Notes: generated by a model not told the origin, from the letters alone. A stretch of 63,394 nt of DNA, filler included, from Octopus bimaculoides (GCF_001194135.2; 4 parts of 4 records of this genome joined end to end with filler, not necessarily neighbours in it), one strand, 5' to 3'. Shown: positions 12,990-26,220, numbered from the whole stretch's first letter. Numbers and translations are program-made.

Positions 12990-14604
12990 TACAACTTTTA
13001 TTCATTATGTAAACTAACCAGGATTTGTCCATTCTTAATCATTTTCTCAAAATAAATATTTGAGAGACATCTGTTTTGCTCTTTGTAAACCCCACATTCC
13101 GAAGGAAATAATTATCAATTGTTATAGGCTAGTTTGTGAAGTCAATATATTAATTAAAATCATTGAGTTTGTTTCTTGGTTCATATTTTTGTCCTCTCTC
13201 TTCTTGATCTATCATAATGGCCTCCATGATGATCACTTGTATCAAAAGAATCAAAGGCAGGTTAAAAATTGCTAGAAGTTCCCACAGTTTGTGTGCTATC
13301 ATTAGTGCTTGGTTGTTTTGTTTCAGCCATAGATGTTGATGAACTTGACATTGTAAAATAGTTTGATATTTAGAAATTTCTTCAGATAATTTTTCCCTGG
13401 GTTTTCATTTCTGGTATCCACTTAAATACTTCTATGAATTTATTGTTATTTCTCTTGGGTCTTACTTATTTTTAAAATTGGGAGAAATGTCTTAGCCACA
13501 GCAGGAGAAGTGCAGAAAACTTTTATTCAAGTCTTCAAGTCAAGAATCAGATTGAGACCTATGAAACAGAAGTGATCCTTGACAAAGTTAATTATATTAC
13601 AGTTATTGGTTTGTAAAAGACTGTTTTGTGTAAGCTGTTTAAATATTAAAATTAAATGAAATATTTCATTATTTGTTTCCTTTCTTATTTCAGATTTTAC
13701 ATATACTACAAAACATGTATATGCAATTTAAATGAGGACAGGTAGTGTCTACTTAAAAAAAATGTTGCAATGTAGATATGACATAGTATTTCTTTGTCAT
13801 AAAAAAAGTATAATATCCACTGCAAAATTAATATTCAAAGTTGGATAAGCTCTAACTTCATATTTTGCAGTTGTTTTATCCTTCTAAGAACTTGTGCTAA
13901 GAACATTTTTCTAAAATGTTTAAATAAACATTTAAATATATTTTCTAAAATGTTTAAATAAACATTTAAATATATTTATATTTAATGTTACTTATAAGTA
14001 CTATAAACAGGTTCATTGCTACATTTTATTGCCTTAAAACTTTCTCTAATTCATAATACTGACGTGAAGTTTCAGTATATATTCATCATAAATTTTCAAT
14101 TATTTCTTCAGTTTAAAATCATAATTATTATTATAATAATATTCATCATTCTCGTCATAATCAACATAATATCATCATCATCATCATCATTATCACTATT
14201 TGATATGCATATTCCATATTGGCAAGGATAGTTAATTATAATGATATCTTTGAATTATCAATAATTGATAGACCTTATAAATAGAGAAAGGGTTAAAACT
14301 ATAGAAACACTTTAAAATTTGAAATAGGAAAAATATTTTGATTTGAATAAAATACAATAAAGTTTTAGCTCAAGAAGAACAAAAAAAAAAAGCTTTAAAG
14401 AAAAGCAAAGAATTAAGAACCATTATTTATTTTGAAATATAGATTTAAGAAAAAATAAAAACTATTTCACTGAATTTTCTGAGTAACTTATCACTGATGA
14501 GAAAAAGGTATTGGGCAATTTTTTAGAATATGAAAAATTTCAAAACTTTTCCCTAAATCTGTGAGAAGAAATAAAATATTTCAATGTCAAACTGGGCATT
14601 GAGT

Positions 14605-14708
14605 GTATGTATGTATGTATGTATGCGTGTATGTATGTATGTATGTATGTATGTATGTATGTATGTATGTATGTATGTATGTATGTATGCATGCATGCAT
14701 GCATGTAT
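14605..14708. repeat. (TATG)n microsatellite
   Basis: Direct reading. Confidence 0.95.
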
Positions 14709-14906
14709 GTCGTTATTCAGTTTATTTCAAGATTTCTTACCAAAGAGAAAGAACCAGTTTCTAACCTAGATCCAAGGGTCCTTCATTTGAATTTCAACAT
14801 CAACAATAGGGTATTTTTGTTTGTTTGCATGTATGTGTGTGTATATGTATGTAGGTATGTATGTTTTATGTATGTATTCTCATGCATATAGTTGCATATC
14901 TAGACA
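14709..14906 (-). mobile_element. probable LINE 3' UTR ending in a (CATA)n tail; second copy at 61076-61222
   Basis: Near-identical core TTATTCAGTTTATTTCAAGATTTCTT...CTAACCTAGATCCAAGG...TTCAACATCAACAA plus ATTCTCATGCATATA in both copies. The 3' UTR assignment is inference. Confidence 0.6.
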
Positions 14907-15063
14907 TGCCTGAGGCTCTCCTCATTTTTTCTCTGTCCATATATCTTACATTTGGTAGTACTTCATCGTTTCCATCAGACATTTTACCTTGCAACATTTC
15001 TAAAATCTCCTTCTCTTCATCATTCAAATCTTGTGCAGTACTTACTGTCACTTATCCAACTAG
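14907..15063 (-). mobile_element. internal fragment of the Dong-like family at 19760-24287
   Basis: Reverse complement matches 20682-20839; both translate MTVSTAQDLNDEEK.ILEM.QGKMSDGNDEVLPNVRYMDREKMRRA. Confidence 0.9.
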
Positions 15064-15088
15064 ATAATTGAATAATAATTCAGTATTT

Positions 15089-15772
15089 ACTGTCTCTATG
15101 CGACAAAAATCCCAAAAGAATATCTCTTTATCTCCCTCGTGCTCTGGCCTAACCCTCTCTGCTTTACTCTGTCTCTCTTGATCCCACTCTCTTTCTCTCT
15201 CTTCTCCTTCCTCTTTCAATTAACCCCTTGCTTCACCAGGACTATAAAACTAGCGCACACACTCGATTCAGTCACTCATTCCTAGAACCTCTGCCGAATA
15301 AATATGATCCCAGAAGCATGACCAGATAAGTTTCTCTGCCTTTCTAGCTTCGCTCATACCTTCCTATTTATACCCTGATTCATAACACCTTACTTAGTGC
15401 TTCCACTATTCTGTCCGTCTCATTATAATGTCGTCAAATTCATTTCAGTTGTCCATAATGATGTCGCCAAATTCACTCAGTTATTCAAGTTATTCAGTTT
15501 TAATTTTCATCACACAGTCACTTATTTCTATAATTTTGTGTTAGGTTTAGCTGGCCGAAAACTCTTATTTCTCAATTCTATATTTCTACCATTCAATATT
15601 TACTGTGTCTATGCCACAGAAATCTCAAAAGAATATATTTCTGTATCTCCCTCGTGCTCTGGCCTAATCCTCTCTGTTTTACTCTGTCTCTCTCGATCCC
15701 ACTCTCTCTCTCCCTTCTCCTCCCTCTTTCGATTAATCCCTTGCTTCGCCAGGACTACAAAACTAGCGCGCA
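15089..15772 (+). repeat. two diverged direct copies of a ~170-bp unit (15089-15260, 15601-15772)
   Basis: TACTGT(C/G)TCTATGC...ATCTCCCTCGTGCTCTGGCCTAA...CCAGGACTA(T/C)AAAACTAGCGC occurs twice. Confidence 0.85.
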
Positions 15773-16637
15773 CCCCAATTCCCCCACTTGACCTAAATAC
15801 CTTTGCAGCAATGGCTGTGGTGCTTCCGCCCTCCCACCCCCTCCACCAGTNNNNNNNNNNNNNNNNNNNNNNNNNNNNNNNNNNNNNNNNNNNNNNNNNN
15901 NNNNNNNNNNNNNNNNNNNNNNNNNNNNNNNNNNNNNNNNNNNNNNNNNNNNNNNNNNNNNNNNNNNNNNNNNNNNNNNNNNNNNNNNNNNNNNNNNNNN
16001 NNNNNNNNNNNNNNNNNNNNNNNNNNNNNNNNNNNNNNNNNNNNNNNNNNNNNNNNNNNNNNNNNNNNNNNNNNNNNNNNNNNNNNNNNNNNNNNNNNNN
16101 NNNNNNNNNNNNNNNNNNNNNNNNNNNNNNNNNNNNNNNNNNNNNNNNNNNNNNNNNNNNNNNNNNNNNNNNNNNNNNNNNNNNNNNNNNNNNNNNNNNN
16201 NNNNNNNNNNNNNNNNNNNNNNNNNNNNNNNNNNNNNNNNNNNNNNNNNNNNNNNNNNNNNNNNNNNNNNNNNNNNNNNNNNNNNNNNNNNNNNNNNNNN
16301 NNNNNNNNNNNNNNNNNNNNNNNNNNNNNNNNNNNNNNNNNNNNNNNNNNNNNNNNNNNNNNNNNNNNNNNNNNNNNNNNNNNNNNNNNNNNNNNNNNNN
16401 NNNNNNNNNNNNNNNNNNNNNNNNNNNNNNNNNNNNNNNNNNNNNNNNNNNNNNNNNNNNNNNNNNNNNNNNNNNNNNNNNNNNNNNNNNNNNNNNNNNN
16501 NNNNNNNNNNNNNNNNNNNNNNNNNNNNNNNNNNNNNNNNNNNNNNNNNNNNNNNNNNNNNNNNNNNNNNNNNNNNNNNNNNNNNNNNNNNNNNNNNNNN
16601 NNNNNNNNNNNNNNNNNNNNNNNNNNNNNNNNNNNNA

Positions 16638-19600
16638 GGGGGCTTCCATGGCGTACATGGAGGCTATGGTTTTGGTTCCCGCAATGAGGAGGGAACCAGG
16701 CTGTTGGATTTCTGTGATGCAAATGACCTTATGGTCTGAAATACTAACTTCAGGAAACCTGCCAGTCACCTCGTCACCTACCGTTCTGGCAGACACACTA
16801 GCCAAATTGACTTAGGGAAAGATGGCTGCTTATAAATGTCAAAACCTTCCCAGGCAAAGAATGTACCCCACAACATAGACTAGTAGTTAGTGACTTCAGG
16901 ATCAGGGCTAAGTGGTTGCCCAGAAGACGACCAGCATGGAGGAGAAGGGTCTAGAAGCTCAAAGATCCTGCGAATGGACAGAGATTTAGAGACTTATTTC
17001 TCAAAGCCTTTGACGAAATAGAAGGGCATGTAGCTTCACATGATGTAGAAGACAACTGGACGTTTCTACGGGACAACCTGCTGAGGGCCACTGACCAGAT
17101 CTGTGGATGGTGCAAAGTCCCCTCTCGACCCAAAATAATGTGGTGGTGGAACAATGTTGTCGACAGGGCTATTAGACAAAAGAAACAGGCTTGGAAGGAC
17201 TGGAAAAACAGTGGTAGCAGGGAATTGTATCAGACTGCCAGACGGGAAGCTAGGCGACAGGTTTATTTAGCCAGAGGGGAAGCAGATGAGAACAAATTTG
17301 CCAATGTTCTGTGCCGTGAGGACCAAAGACTTGAGGTATTTCGTGTTGCAAGACAGTGTGTGAGAGAGAATTGTGATGTCGTGGGAGAGAAATGTGTTCG
17401 CATGGGTGATGGTACACTTCCACTAAACGAGGCTTCAAAGAAAGATGTTTGGAGACGCAACTATGAAAGATTGCTCAATAATGAATGGGAGAAAGAGAGT
17501 CTGCCGAACGTTGACCCAACAGAGGGACCAGCTATCCAAGTTGACAGTACCATGGTAGATAAAGCAATTAAGAGTATGAAGAGAGGGAAAGCCCCTGGCC
17601 CATCAGGAATCACTGCAGAGATGCTCAAAATATCTGGCAGTATCGGCTATAGCCTAGTCACCCGTATTGTTAACCAGGTGATACACAAAGGAGTCATACC
17701 CAATGACTGGTGTAGCAGCACCATAGTCAACTGCTACAAAGGTAAAGGTGACGCTCTAGACACAAACAATTAAAGAAGTATCAAGTTGTTGGACCAGGTA
17801 ATGAAAGTCACAGAGAGGGTCATAGCCCAACTAATTAGGGAGCGAGTCAGTTTAGATGAGATACTGTTTGGGTTCGTGCCAGGGAAAAGCATCACTGACG
17901 CTATATTTCTGGTAAGACAGCTACAGGAGAAATACCTAGCCAAGGATATACCTCTGTACCTGGCTTTCATTGACATGGAGAAAGCCGTTGACAGGGTCCT
18001 CCGATCCCTTATCTGGTGGTCAATGAGGAAACTAGGGATAGAAGAATGGTTAGTGAGAGCTGTGCGAGCCATGTACAGAGACACTGTCAGTAAGATGAGG
18101 GTTGGCAATGAGCACAGTGAAGAATTCCAGGTAGAAGTAGGGGTCCACCAAGGTTCTGTCCTCAGCCCCCTACTATTTATCATAGTCCTCCAGACGATAA
18201 CAGACGAATTCAAGACAGGATGCTCCTGGGAGCTCCTCTGTGGTGATGACTTTGCACTAATTGCTGAGTCACTATCAGAACTAGAGGAGAAGTTTCAGGT
18301 GCGGAAGCAAGAACTAGAATCAAAGGGCCTTAGAGTCAATCTAGCTAAAACATAAGAGGTGCAGCAATATCAAAGGAAGGTTAACTAGGAAGTTAGTTTT
18401 TGTATGTGGCAGATGTTCAGGAGCAATAAACATTGAAAATGTGCAGAAAACAACTTCCACCACATTCCAGGGAGAAAAACTAGACGTAGTTGATTGCTCC
18501 CGCTATCTAGGTGACCAAGTTAGTAGTGGGGGAGGGTGCGTTGAAAGTGTAGCTGCTAGAATAAGAATAGCCTGGGCAAAGTTCAGAGAGCTCTTACCTC
18601 TGCTGGTGACAAAGGGCCTCTCTCTCTCTCAGAGTAAAAGGCAGACTGTATGACGCATGTGTATAAACTGCCATGCTACATGGCAGTGAAACATGGGCTG
18701 GGACTGCTGAGGACATGCTTAAGCTCACAAGGAATGAAGTCAGTATGCTCTGATGGATGTGTAATGTCAGTGTGCATACTCGACAGAGTGTAAGTACCTT
18801 GAGAGAAAAGTTGAACCTAAGAAGCATCAGTTGTGGTGTGCAAGAGAGACGATTGCACTGGTATGGTTATGTGGCAAGAATGGATAAGGATAGATGTGTG
18901 AAAAAGTGCCACACCTTTGCGGTTGAGGGAACCTGTGGAAGAGGTAGGCCCAGGAAGACCTGGGATGAGGTGGTGAAGCACAACCTCCGAATATTAGGCC
19001 TCACCGAGGCAATGACTTCTGACCGAGACCTTTGGAAGTATATGCTGTGCGTGAGAAGACCCGGCAAGCCAAGTGAGACCAAAATCCAGGGCCTCTGCCA
19101 GGGATGTAGCCAGCCTACTTATGCATACCTTTCCTTCATTGGACACTAAACTCCGCTTGCGAAGACCTGTTGAGGCAAGTAAAANNNNNNNNNNNNNNNN
19201 NNNNNNNNNNNNNNNNNNNNNNNNNNNNNNNNNNNNNNNNNNNNNNNNNNNNNNNNNNNNNNNNNNNNNNNNNNNNNNNNNNNNNNNNNNNNNNNNNNNN
19301 NNNNNNNNNNNNNNNNNNNNNNNNNNNNNNNNNNNNNNNNNNNNNNNNNNNNNNNNNNNNNNNNNNNNNNNNNNNNNNNNNNNNNNNNNNNNNNNNNNNN
19401 NNNNNAAAAGTCATTCGAGCGAGATCGTTGCCAGTGCCGCTGGACTGGCTCCTGTGCAGGTGGGACGTAAAATACACCATTTTGAGTGTGGCCGTTGCCA
19501 GTACCACCTGATTGGCCTTCGTGCCGGTGGCACGTAAAAGCACCCACAACACTCTCAGAGTGGTTGGTGTTAGGAAGGGCATTCAGCTGTAGAAACTCTG

Positions 19601-19712
19601 CCAAATCAGATTAGAGCCTGGTGTAGCCATGTGGTTCACCAGTCCTCAGTCAAATCGTCCAACCCATGTTAGCATGGAAAGCGGACGTTAAACGATGATG
19701 ATGATGATGATG
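16638..19712 (+). mobile_element. RTE-clade LINE, decayed (APE end, RT, 3' UTR, (GAT)n tail)
   Basis: GYGFGSRNEEG.RLLDFC..N and SQID (APE end), GKAPGPSGI, FGFVPGKS..DAIF, AFIDMEKA.DRV, GVHQGSVLSPLLF, CGDD(F), RLHWYG, RGRPRKTW; tail ...GGACGTTAAACGATGATGATG. The 5' end lies in a gap. Confidence 0.93.
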
Positions 19713-19759
19713 AACACGCTCTGGGTATGGTATGAAACTACATCCAGTTGTGGCAACAC

Positions 19760-22700
19760 AACATGGGAAGAACAAGGTTACCCTTAACCACAACTACCTT
19801 CAGGTTATCGTTGGGCAAAGTGTAGTATGTGTAAGCCCACTCCGAGACCTAGAAATACCCGGTTGGCATCTGGTAGGGTTAAGCCTGTCTTATGGGAGGA
19901 GGGGCCCCTTTATCCTTGGTTGGCAATCCCTCTAGAGAAGGTGTCTCAATAAAAACACCAACGGTTGTGTCACCTCAACACCAAAATTCTCAGGAATGAA
20001 AATGTTTAATACAAAAGTATAAAACAATGGAATGAATGAAATTGGCACTAAAAACAGTGCATACAAGGATAGGTGTGGACTCTCAGAGCCTTAGCTAGCA
20101 ACCTACCTAGTGATGGTGTCACAATAAAAATACAGGTGATTGCACGAACTTACAAATCACTCTAATTGAGTGATGTCAAAATTAAATAATAACCACAACT
20201 GCACTAACAGGACTGGAACTGCTAACAGTGAAGGTGTCACATTCAGCAGGCAGGGAGTATCTAATCAAGCTCCAGCAGATTGTCATCAAGCTATTGATCA
20301 GGATCAAAATTGCAGTCAAAAGTGCAAAAGAAAAAGAATGAAATGGGAAAAAGATGTAAACAAAACAGTAATAGAATACTGGCTGGGAAATGAGCCAAAT
20401 AAAAGTAGCCTCCTGAATCGAATGAAGAGAATATGGGAGGAAAAAGGAGGTTTTGAAGTATCTGCCCAGCTACTGATAGACCAAGCAAGAGCAATCCATA
20501 AGAACAACTAGATTATGAGAGTAGAGATTGAAAAAATCCAGAGAAACATAAAAAAAGAGCAGAAGGTGAGTGAACCAGGGTAGCAGAAAGTGGTAAAAAA
20601 GGGGTGAAAGATGAAGAATATGAAAAAGAGGGAAATTGCAGAGTACCAGAGAATACTGATAAAGTAACTAATGAAGACGATCTAGTTGGATAAGTGACAG
20701 TAAGCACTGCACAAGATTTGAATGATGAAGAGAAGGCGATTTTAGAAATGATGCAAGGTAAAATGTCTGATGGGAACGATGAAGTACTACCAAATGTAAG
20801 ATATATGGACAGAGAAAAAATGAGGAGAGCCACAGGCAAAGTAAATGATATTTTAAGGACCAGGCCCGGATGGAGTACAAGGTGATATGGTATCACACAG
20901 TTAGATAAGTAAAATAATGAGCTTGTTTGGAATAGCAAAAAATATGGAGAAGATGCTCAATGAAAGTATGAAACATTGGAATACAGAATTGATCGGGGGA
21001 AAACAAAGACTCAGAAGAGTGAACATCAGACGTAGAATATTTCAAAGTGAAAGCTTATCTTCATTACTGTTTGTATTGGTCATGATGCCACTTACTATGA
21101 TACTACAAAAAGTTAAAATAGCTTCCGATTTGGGAAAAGGAAATGGTCAGATAAATCATTTCCTTTTCATGGATGATATAAAGGTTTATGCAAAACATGA
21201 GAAACAGATTGAAAGTCGAGTACATACTATCCCCATTTTCTCAAATGATGTAGATATGTAACTTGGGGTAGAGAAATGCACTATTCTGAAAATGAAACAA
21301 GGAAGATTTGAAAGAAGCCAGGGAATTGAAATGCCAAATGAGCAAACAATGAGAGCAGTTGAGAAAGGACAGTGGTATAAGTACTTGGAAACACTGGAAG
21401 CAGACAAAATAAAAAATGTAGAAATGAAACAAATTACCAATAGGAAGTACACAAGGAGAGTGAGAAAATTATTGCAGGCAAAGCTGAATTCAAAAAATCC
21501 TATTGAAGCAATAAATTCAAGAGCAGCACCCTTAATCACATATGGAGTTATAATCACATATGGTATTATAAACTGGACCAAAAATGATATTAAGAAATTT
21601 GACTGAAGAACTAAAAGGCTGTTGACAATGTACATCCAAAAGCTGATAACAACTAGCTGTACTTGAGGAAAGCCCAGAGTGGAAGAGTCTTAATAGCAGT
21701 AGAAGAATGTGTACAGATGGAAAGAAAAAGCCTAGTAGAGTATTTACAGAGCAGCACAGGAAAACTACTAAAGACAGTGAATAAAGACCAAGTAGTGAGG
21801 TGCATCATCATCATCGTTTGACGTTCGCATTCCATGCTAGCATGGGTTGGACGATTTGACTGAGGACTGGTGGACCAGATGGCTGCACCAGGCTCCAATC
21901 TGATCTGGCTGAGTTTCTACAGTTGGATGCCCTTCCTAACACCAACCACTCTGAGAGTGTCGTAGGTGCTTTTACGTGCCACCAGCATGAAGGCCAGTCA
22001 GGTGGTACTGGTGACAGCCACACTCAAATGGTGTTTTTTATGTGCTACCTGCACAGGAGCCAGTCCAGCGGCACTGGCAACAACCTCGCTCGAATATTTT
22101 TTCACACACCACTGGCACAAGTGCCAGTAAGGTGAGGCTGGTAACAATCACACTCAAATGGTGCTTTTTACGTGCCACCGGCACAGAAGCCAGACAGTTG
22201 CTCTGGCCATGATCACACTCGGATGGTGCTCTTAGCGCTCCACTGGCACAGGTGCCAGTTGTTGAATTTGATTCGATTTCGATTTCACTTGCCTAAACAG
22301 GTCTTTGCAAGCAGAGTTTAGTGTCCAATGAAGGAAAGGTACACATAAGTTGGCTGGTTACACATCTGGCAGAAGCCACGAGTTATGGTCTCACTTGGCT
22401 TGCTGGGTTTTCTCACGTACAGCATATTTCCAAAGGTCTCGGTCAGAAGTTGTTGCCTTGGTGAGGCCTAATGTTTGAAGGCCGTGCTTCACCACCTCAT
22501 CTCAGGTCTTCCTGGGTCTACCTCTTCCACAGGTTCCCTCAACTGCTAAGGTGTGGCACTTTTTCACACAGCTATCCTCATCCATTCTCGCCACATGTCA
22601 ATACCAGCATAATCGTCTCTCTTGCACACCACAACTGATACTTCATAAGTTCAACTTTTCTCTCAAGGTACTTACACTCTGTCGAGTATGCACACTGACA

Positions 22701-24233
22701 TTACACATCCATCAGAGCATACTGGCTTCATTCCTTGTGAGCTTAAGCATGTCCTCAGCAGTCACGACCCATGTTTCGCTGCCATGTAGCATGGCTGTTC
22801 GTACACATGCGTCATACAGTCTGCCTTTTACTCTGAGTGAGAAGCCCTTTGTCACCAGCTGAAGTAAGAGCTCTCTGAACTTTGCCCAGGCTATTCTTAT
22901 TCTAGCAGCTAGATTTTCAGTGCACCCTCCCCCACTACTAACTTGGTCACCTAGATAACAGAAGCTATCAACTACTTCTAGTTTTTCTTCCTGGAATGTG
23001 GTGGAAGTTGTTTTCTGCACATTTTCAGTGTTTATTGCTCCTGAACATCTGCCACATACAAAAACTAACTTCCTAGTTAACCTTCCTTTGATATTGCTGC
23101 ACCTCTTATGTGTCCATAGCTTGCACTGGGTACATCTTATAGAGTTTCTACCTACGCCTTTTCTATAGATTGAGCAGGGCCATCTACCTAAAGGGGTTTG
23201 TGTTTTCTCTACCTTCTTACTTAGTAGGACTTTGGTTTTAGCTAGGTTGACTCTAAGGCCCTTTGATTCTAATCCTTGTTTCTGCACCTGAAACTTCTCT
23301 GCATAATGGAAGAAAAGGACAAGAATGAAATACAAAGAGAGCATGTCAGACAGATTGAAGAGAAACATATGCATGGTCAATTTTGGAGAGTGATTGAAGA
23401 TGTATGTGGAACAAAATCCTGAGTTTGGTTAGAAAAGGGGCAATTTAAGAAAGAAACAGAGAGCCTAATTGTAGCAACCCAAGATCAAGCAATAAAAACA
23501 AGCAGCTTGAGAAAAAATATATATATGGAGAGAATGTGTCAGAAAAATGTAGAGCTTGTGGAACTTGGAATGAGACAGTGGCACACACTGTGACAGAATG
23601 CCTCAAGTTGGCACAGGAAGAATATAAGAAACGGAAGCACGACCAGGTTGTAAAAGTTTTACCCTGGAAATTTTGCCAGAAGTGGGGATTTGAAGCTGGA
23701 AACACATGGTACAATCATTGAGTCAAAAGAGTACTTGAATTGGAAAAATGTAAGATTTTGTGGTACTTTCCTATCCAAACAGACAAGAAGTTAAAAAATA
23801 ATAGACCAGACATAAGAATTATAGATAAGGACAAGCAAAGTTGCTTACTAATCAACCCATCATGCCTATTTGATTCCAGGATTGAAAAGAAAACGGAAGA
23901 AAAAAAAAATACGATCCCTTAAAATTTGAAATAGGAAAAATTTGGAGAATGAGAACTGTAAAGGTTGTGCCTATAATGATTGGTGCATTGGGAATGATAT
24001 AAACAATGATATAAACAAATGGCTGAAGGAGATTGGAATAGAATACCCTGTAGAGCTTCTACAGAAAGTTTGTCTCTTAGGGACAGCTAGGATTATCAGG
24101 AGGGTTCTAAGCACTTGAAAGACTACTGAAAACTTGTGGATACCTAAAGTTACAGGTAGTAACTCACTACCCGCATAGATCCTACCAGGAATAAGACCGA
24201 ACCTGAGTCAAACCAAATAATAACAACAAGAAC

Positions 24234-24287
<54 letters not shown>
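19760..24287 (+). mobile_element. R4/Dong-like RLE LINE copy A, internally deleted and interrupted by an RTE
   Basis: N-terminal RMKWEKDVNKTVIE...RMKRIWEEKG..QLLIDQARAI; RT (IFQSESLSSLLF, FMDDIKVY); MHGQF, KKETESLIV..QDQA, CRACG..ETVAH..EC, NNRPDI, IGALG; (AAT)n tail 24216-24287. The 5' boundary is approximate. Confidence 0.88.
21806..23299 (-). mobile_element. 5'-truncated RTE LINE inserted antisense into Dong-like copy A
   Basis: Same family as 16638-19712 (ORF 22712-23380, YLGDQ, RTAMLHGSETW); (ATG)n tail at 21803-21815; TGCAT duplicated at 21801-21805 and 23300-23304. Confidence 0.95.
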
Positions 24288-24308
24288 CATCATCTCTAAA
24301 TGCTGGAC

Positions 24309-26214
24309 ATGTGAAAATTTCATATGGCATTTTCCAGGGCGACTCACTATCACCACTCCTCTTTTGTCTAACTTTAATACCTCTTTCAAAATTGCTCAAT
24401 GATGCACAGTACGGTTATAAAATGTTTGATAAAAATATAAATCATCTCATTTACATGGATGATTTAAAGCTCTTTGCAAAAAATAACCAACTACTCAAGG
24501 GCTTACTAGCGATTGTTAAACAGTTCAGTGATGACATCAGAATGCAATTTGGCCTCGATAAATGTGCAAAAGTTACCTTTATCAAAGGGAAAATGACAGA
24601 AACATCTAACGTTAACTTTGACCAGCAGAATGTCATAAAAGAATTAGAACCAGCGGAGAGCTACAAATACCTAGGGGTACTTGAAGGGGACGGAATCAGG
24701 CATTCAGTGATGAGGGAAAGGATCAGGAGAGAATGTTATCATGGGTGAGAGCAATACTTAAAACAGAGCTGAATGCAAGAAACAGGATCGAAGCGATCAA
24801 TGCTTTAGCCATACCAGTTGTGACTTACAGTTTCAATATCATTAATCGGTCAATTTCTGAAATATGTAATTTTGACAGAAAAATACGAAAACTGTTGACA
24901 ATGCATAGAATGCACCACCCTAAGGCAGATATAGAACAACTTTATCTGCTAAGAAAAGAGAGAGGCCATGGACTTTTACAACTGGCATTAACAAAGAAGA
25001 TTGCTACAATTGGCTTAGACACCTACCTGAAAACCTCTGAGGACTGAATGTTAAAACTTGTCTCAAAACATGAAAACAAGAAATCATCATACTCAGTAAC
25101 AAAACAGGCAAAAAAATATCCAAGTGAATTCCAAATACAACAAATTCCGGAATTAAACATACAAGAAACAAGCGCAGAAAAGCTAAGCGCATGAAAACCC
25201 ATGCTAAAACTGCTGTCTCAGATATTCTGACTGATAAATGGCAAGAAAAACTTCTCAATGGCAAATACCCAAAGAGAGCGAATAATGCCGATGTTGACAA
25301 AGCCCTTACCCATCAATGGCTAATGGCTTCTGGCTTAAAATATGAAACAGAAGGGTTTATCCTAGCAGCCCAAGATCAATGCCTACCTACAAGGAACTAT
25401 CAGGCCAACATATTAAAGAATGGCAGCTTCCCAACATATTATGTATGTCAACAACAAAATGAAACCATTGATCATGTTGTCTCCAAGTGCAGTCTCCTTG
25501 CACCTACAGAGTATCTCAACGGGCATGATACAGCTGCACAATATATTCACTGGGTAATTTGCAAAAACCTGGACTTGTCCCATAATAAAAACTGGTGGGA
25601 ACACAAACCACCTCCAGTGCTTGAAAATGATCACATCTCACTTCTCTGGAACTTCACCATTCAAACTGACAGGAAGATAGATGCAAGTAGGCCAGACATC
25701 ATATTGAAAGACTTCAGACAAAAATCATGCCTCCTCATTGATATGACTGTCCCAATCAATATAAACGTATCTGTCAAAACCTACCAAAAACTGAGCAAGT
25801 ATAAAGATCTTGGAATAGAAATTAGCAAAATGTGGAACCTGAAGACTAAAACAATACCTGTTTTGATAGGTGCCCTAGGAATGATAGCAAAAGGGGCTGA
25901 TTGCTACCTAGCTCAGATACCAGGAAACCCCAAAATGGCATAAATTCAAAAGATAGTGCTCATGAGAACTGCCCATGTTCTACGCAAAATACTTTCTATG
26001 TAATCTCAAGTTTTAAAACAAACACATAATTTTCTTATAGTTTCTTAAACATTCTCTAGAACAACACAATGTGCAAACCAAATATATGGCACTCTAGGCA
26101 TAACACCAACATGAACTTCTAACTTGTTGTCTCTTGAGGGCTATGGGTGAGACTTGGAGCCAACTTGTACAAATGTAAAGCAAAAGTCAAACATAAAATA
26201 ATAATAATAATAAT
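24309..26214 (+). mobile_element. R4/Dong-like LINE copy B (5'-truncated, different subfamily)
   Basis: GIFQGDSLSPLLF, HLIYMDDLKLF, FGLDKC, YKYLG, LKYETEGFILAAQDQ, CCHC finger (VCQQQNETIDHVVSKC), RLE RPDIILKD...IDMTVP...KLSKY...IGALG; (AAT)n tail. Confidence 0.93.
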
Positions 26215-26220
26215 GAATCA

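Noticed and set aside
13230-13745. Possible small exons (ATG 13231...AG|GT at 13260; AG|13694-13741|GT)
   Set aside because: Short, no recognisable homology, and such splice-like motifs are common by chance in AT-rich DNA.
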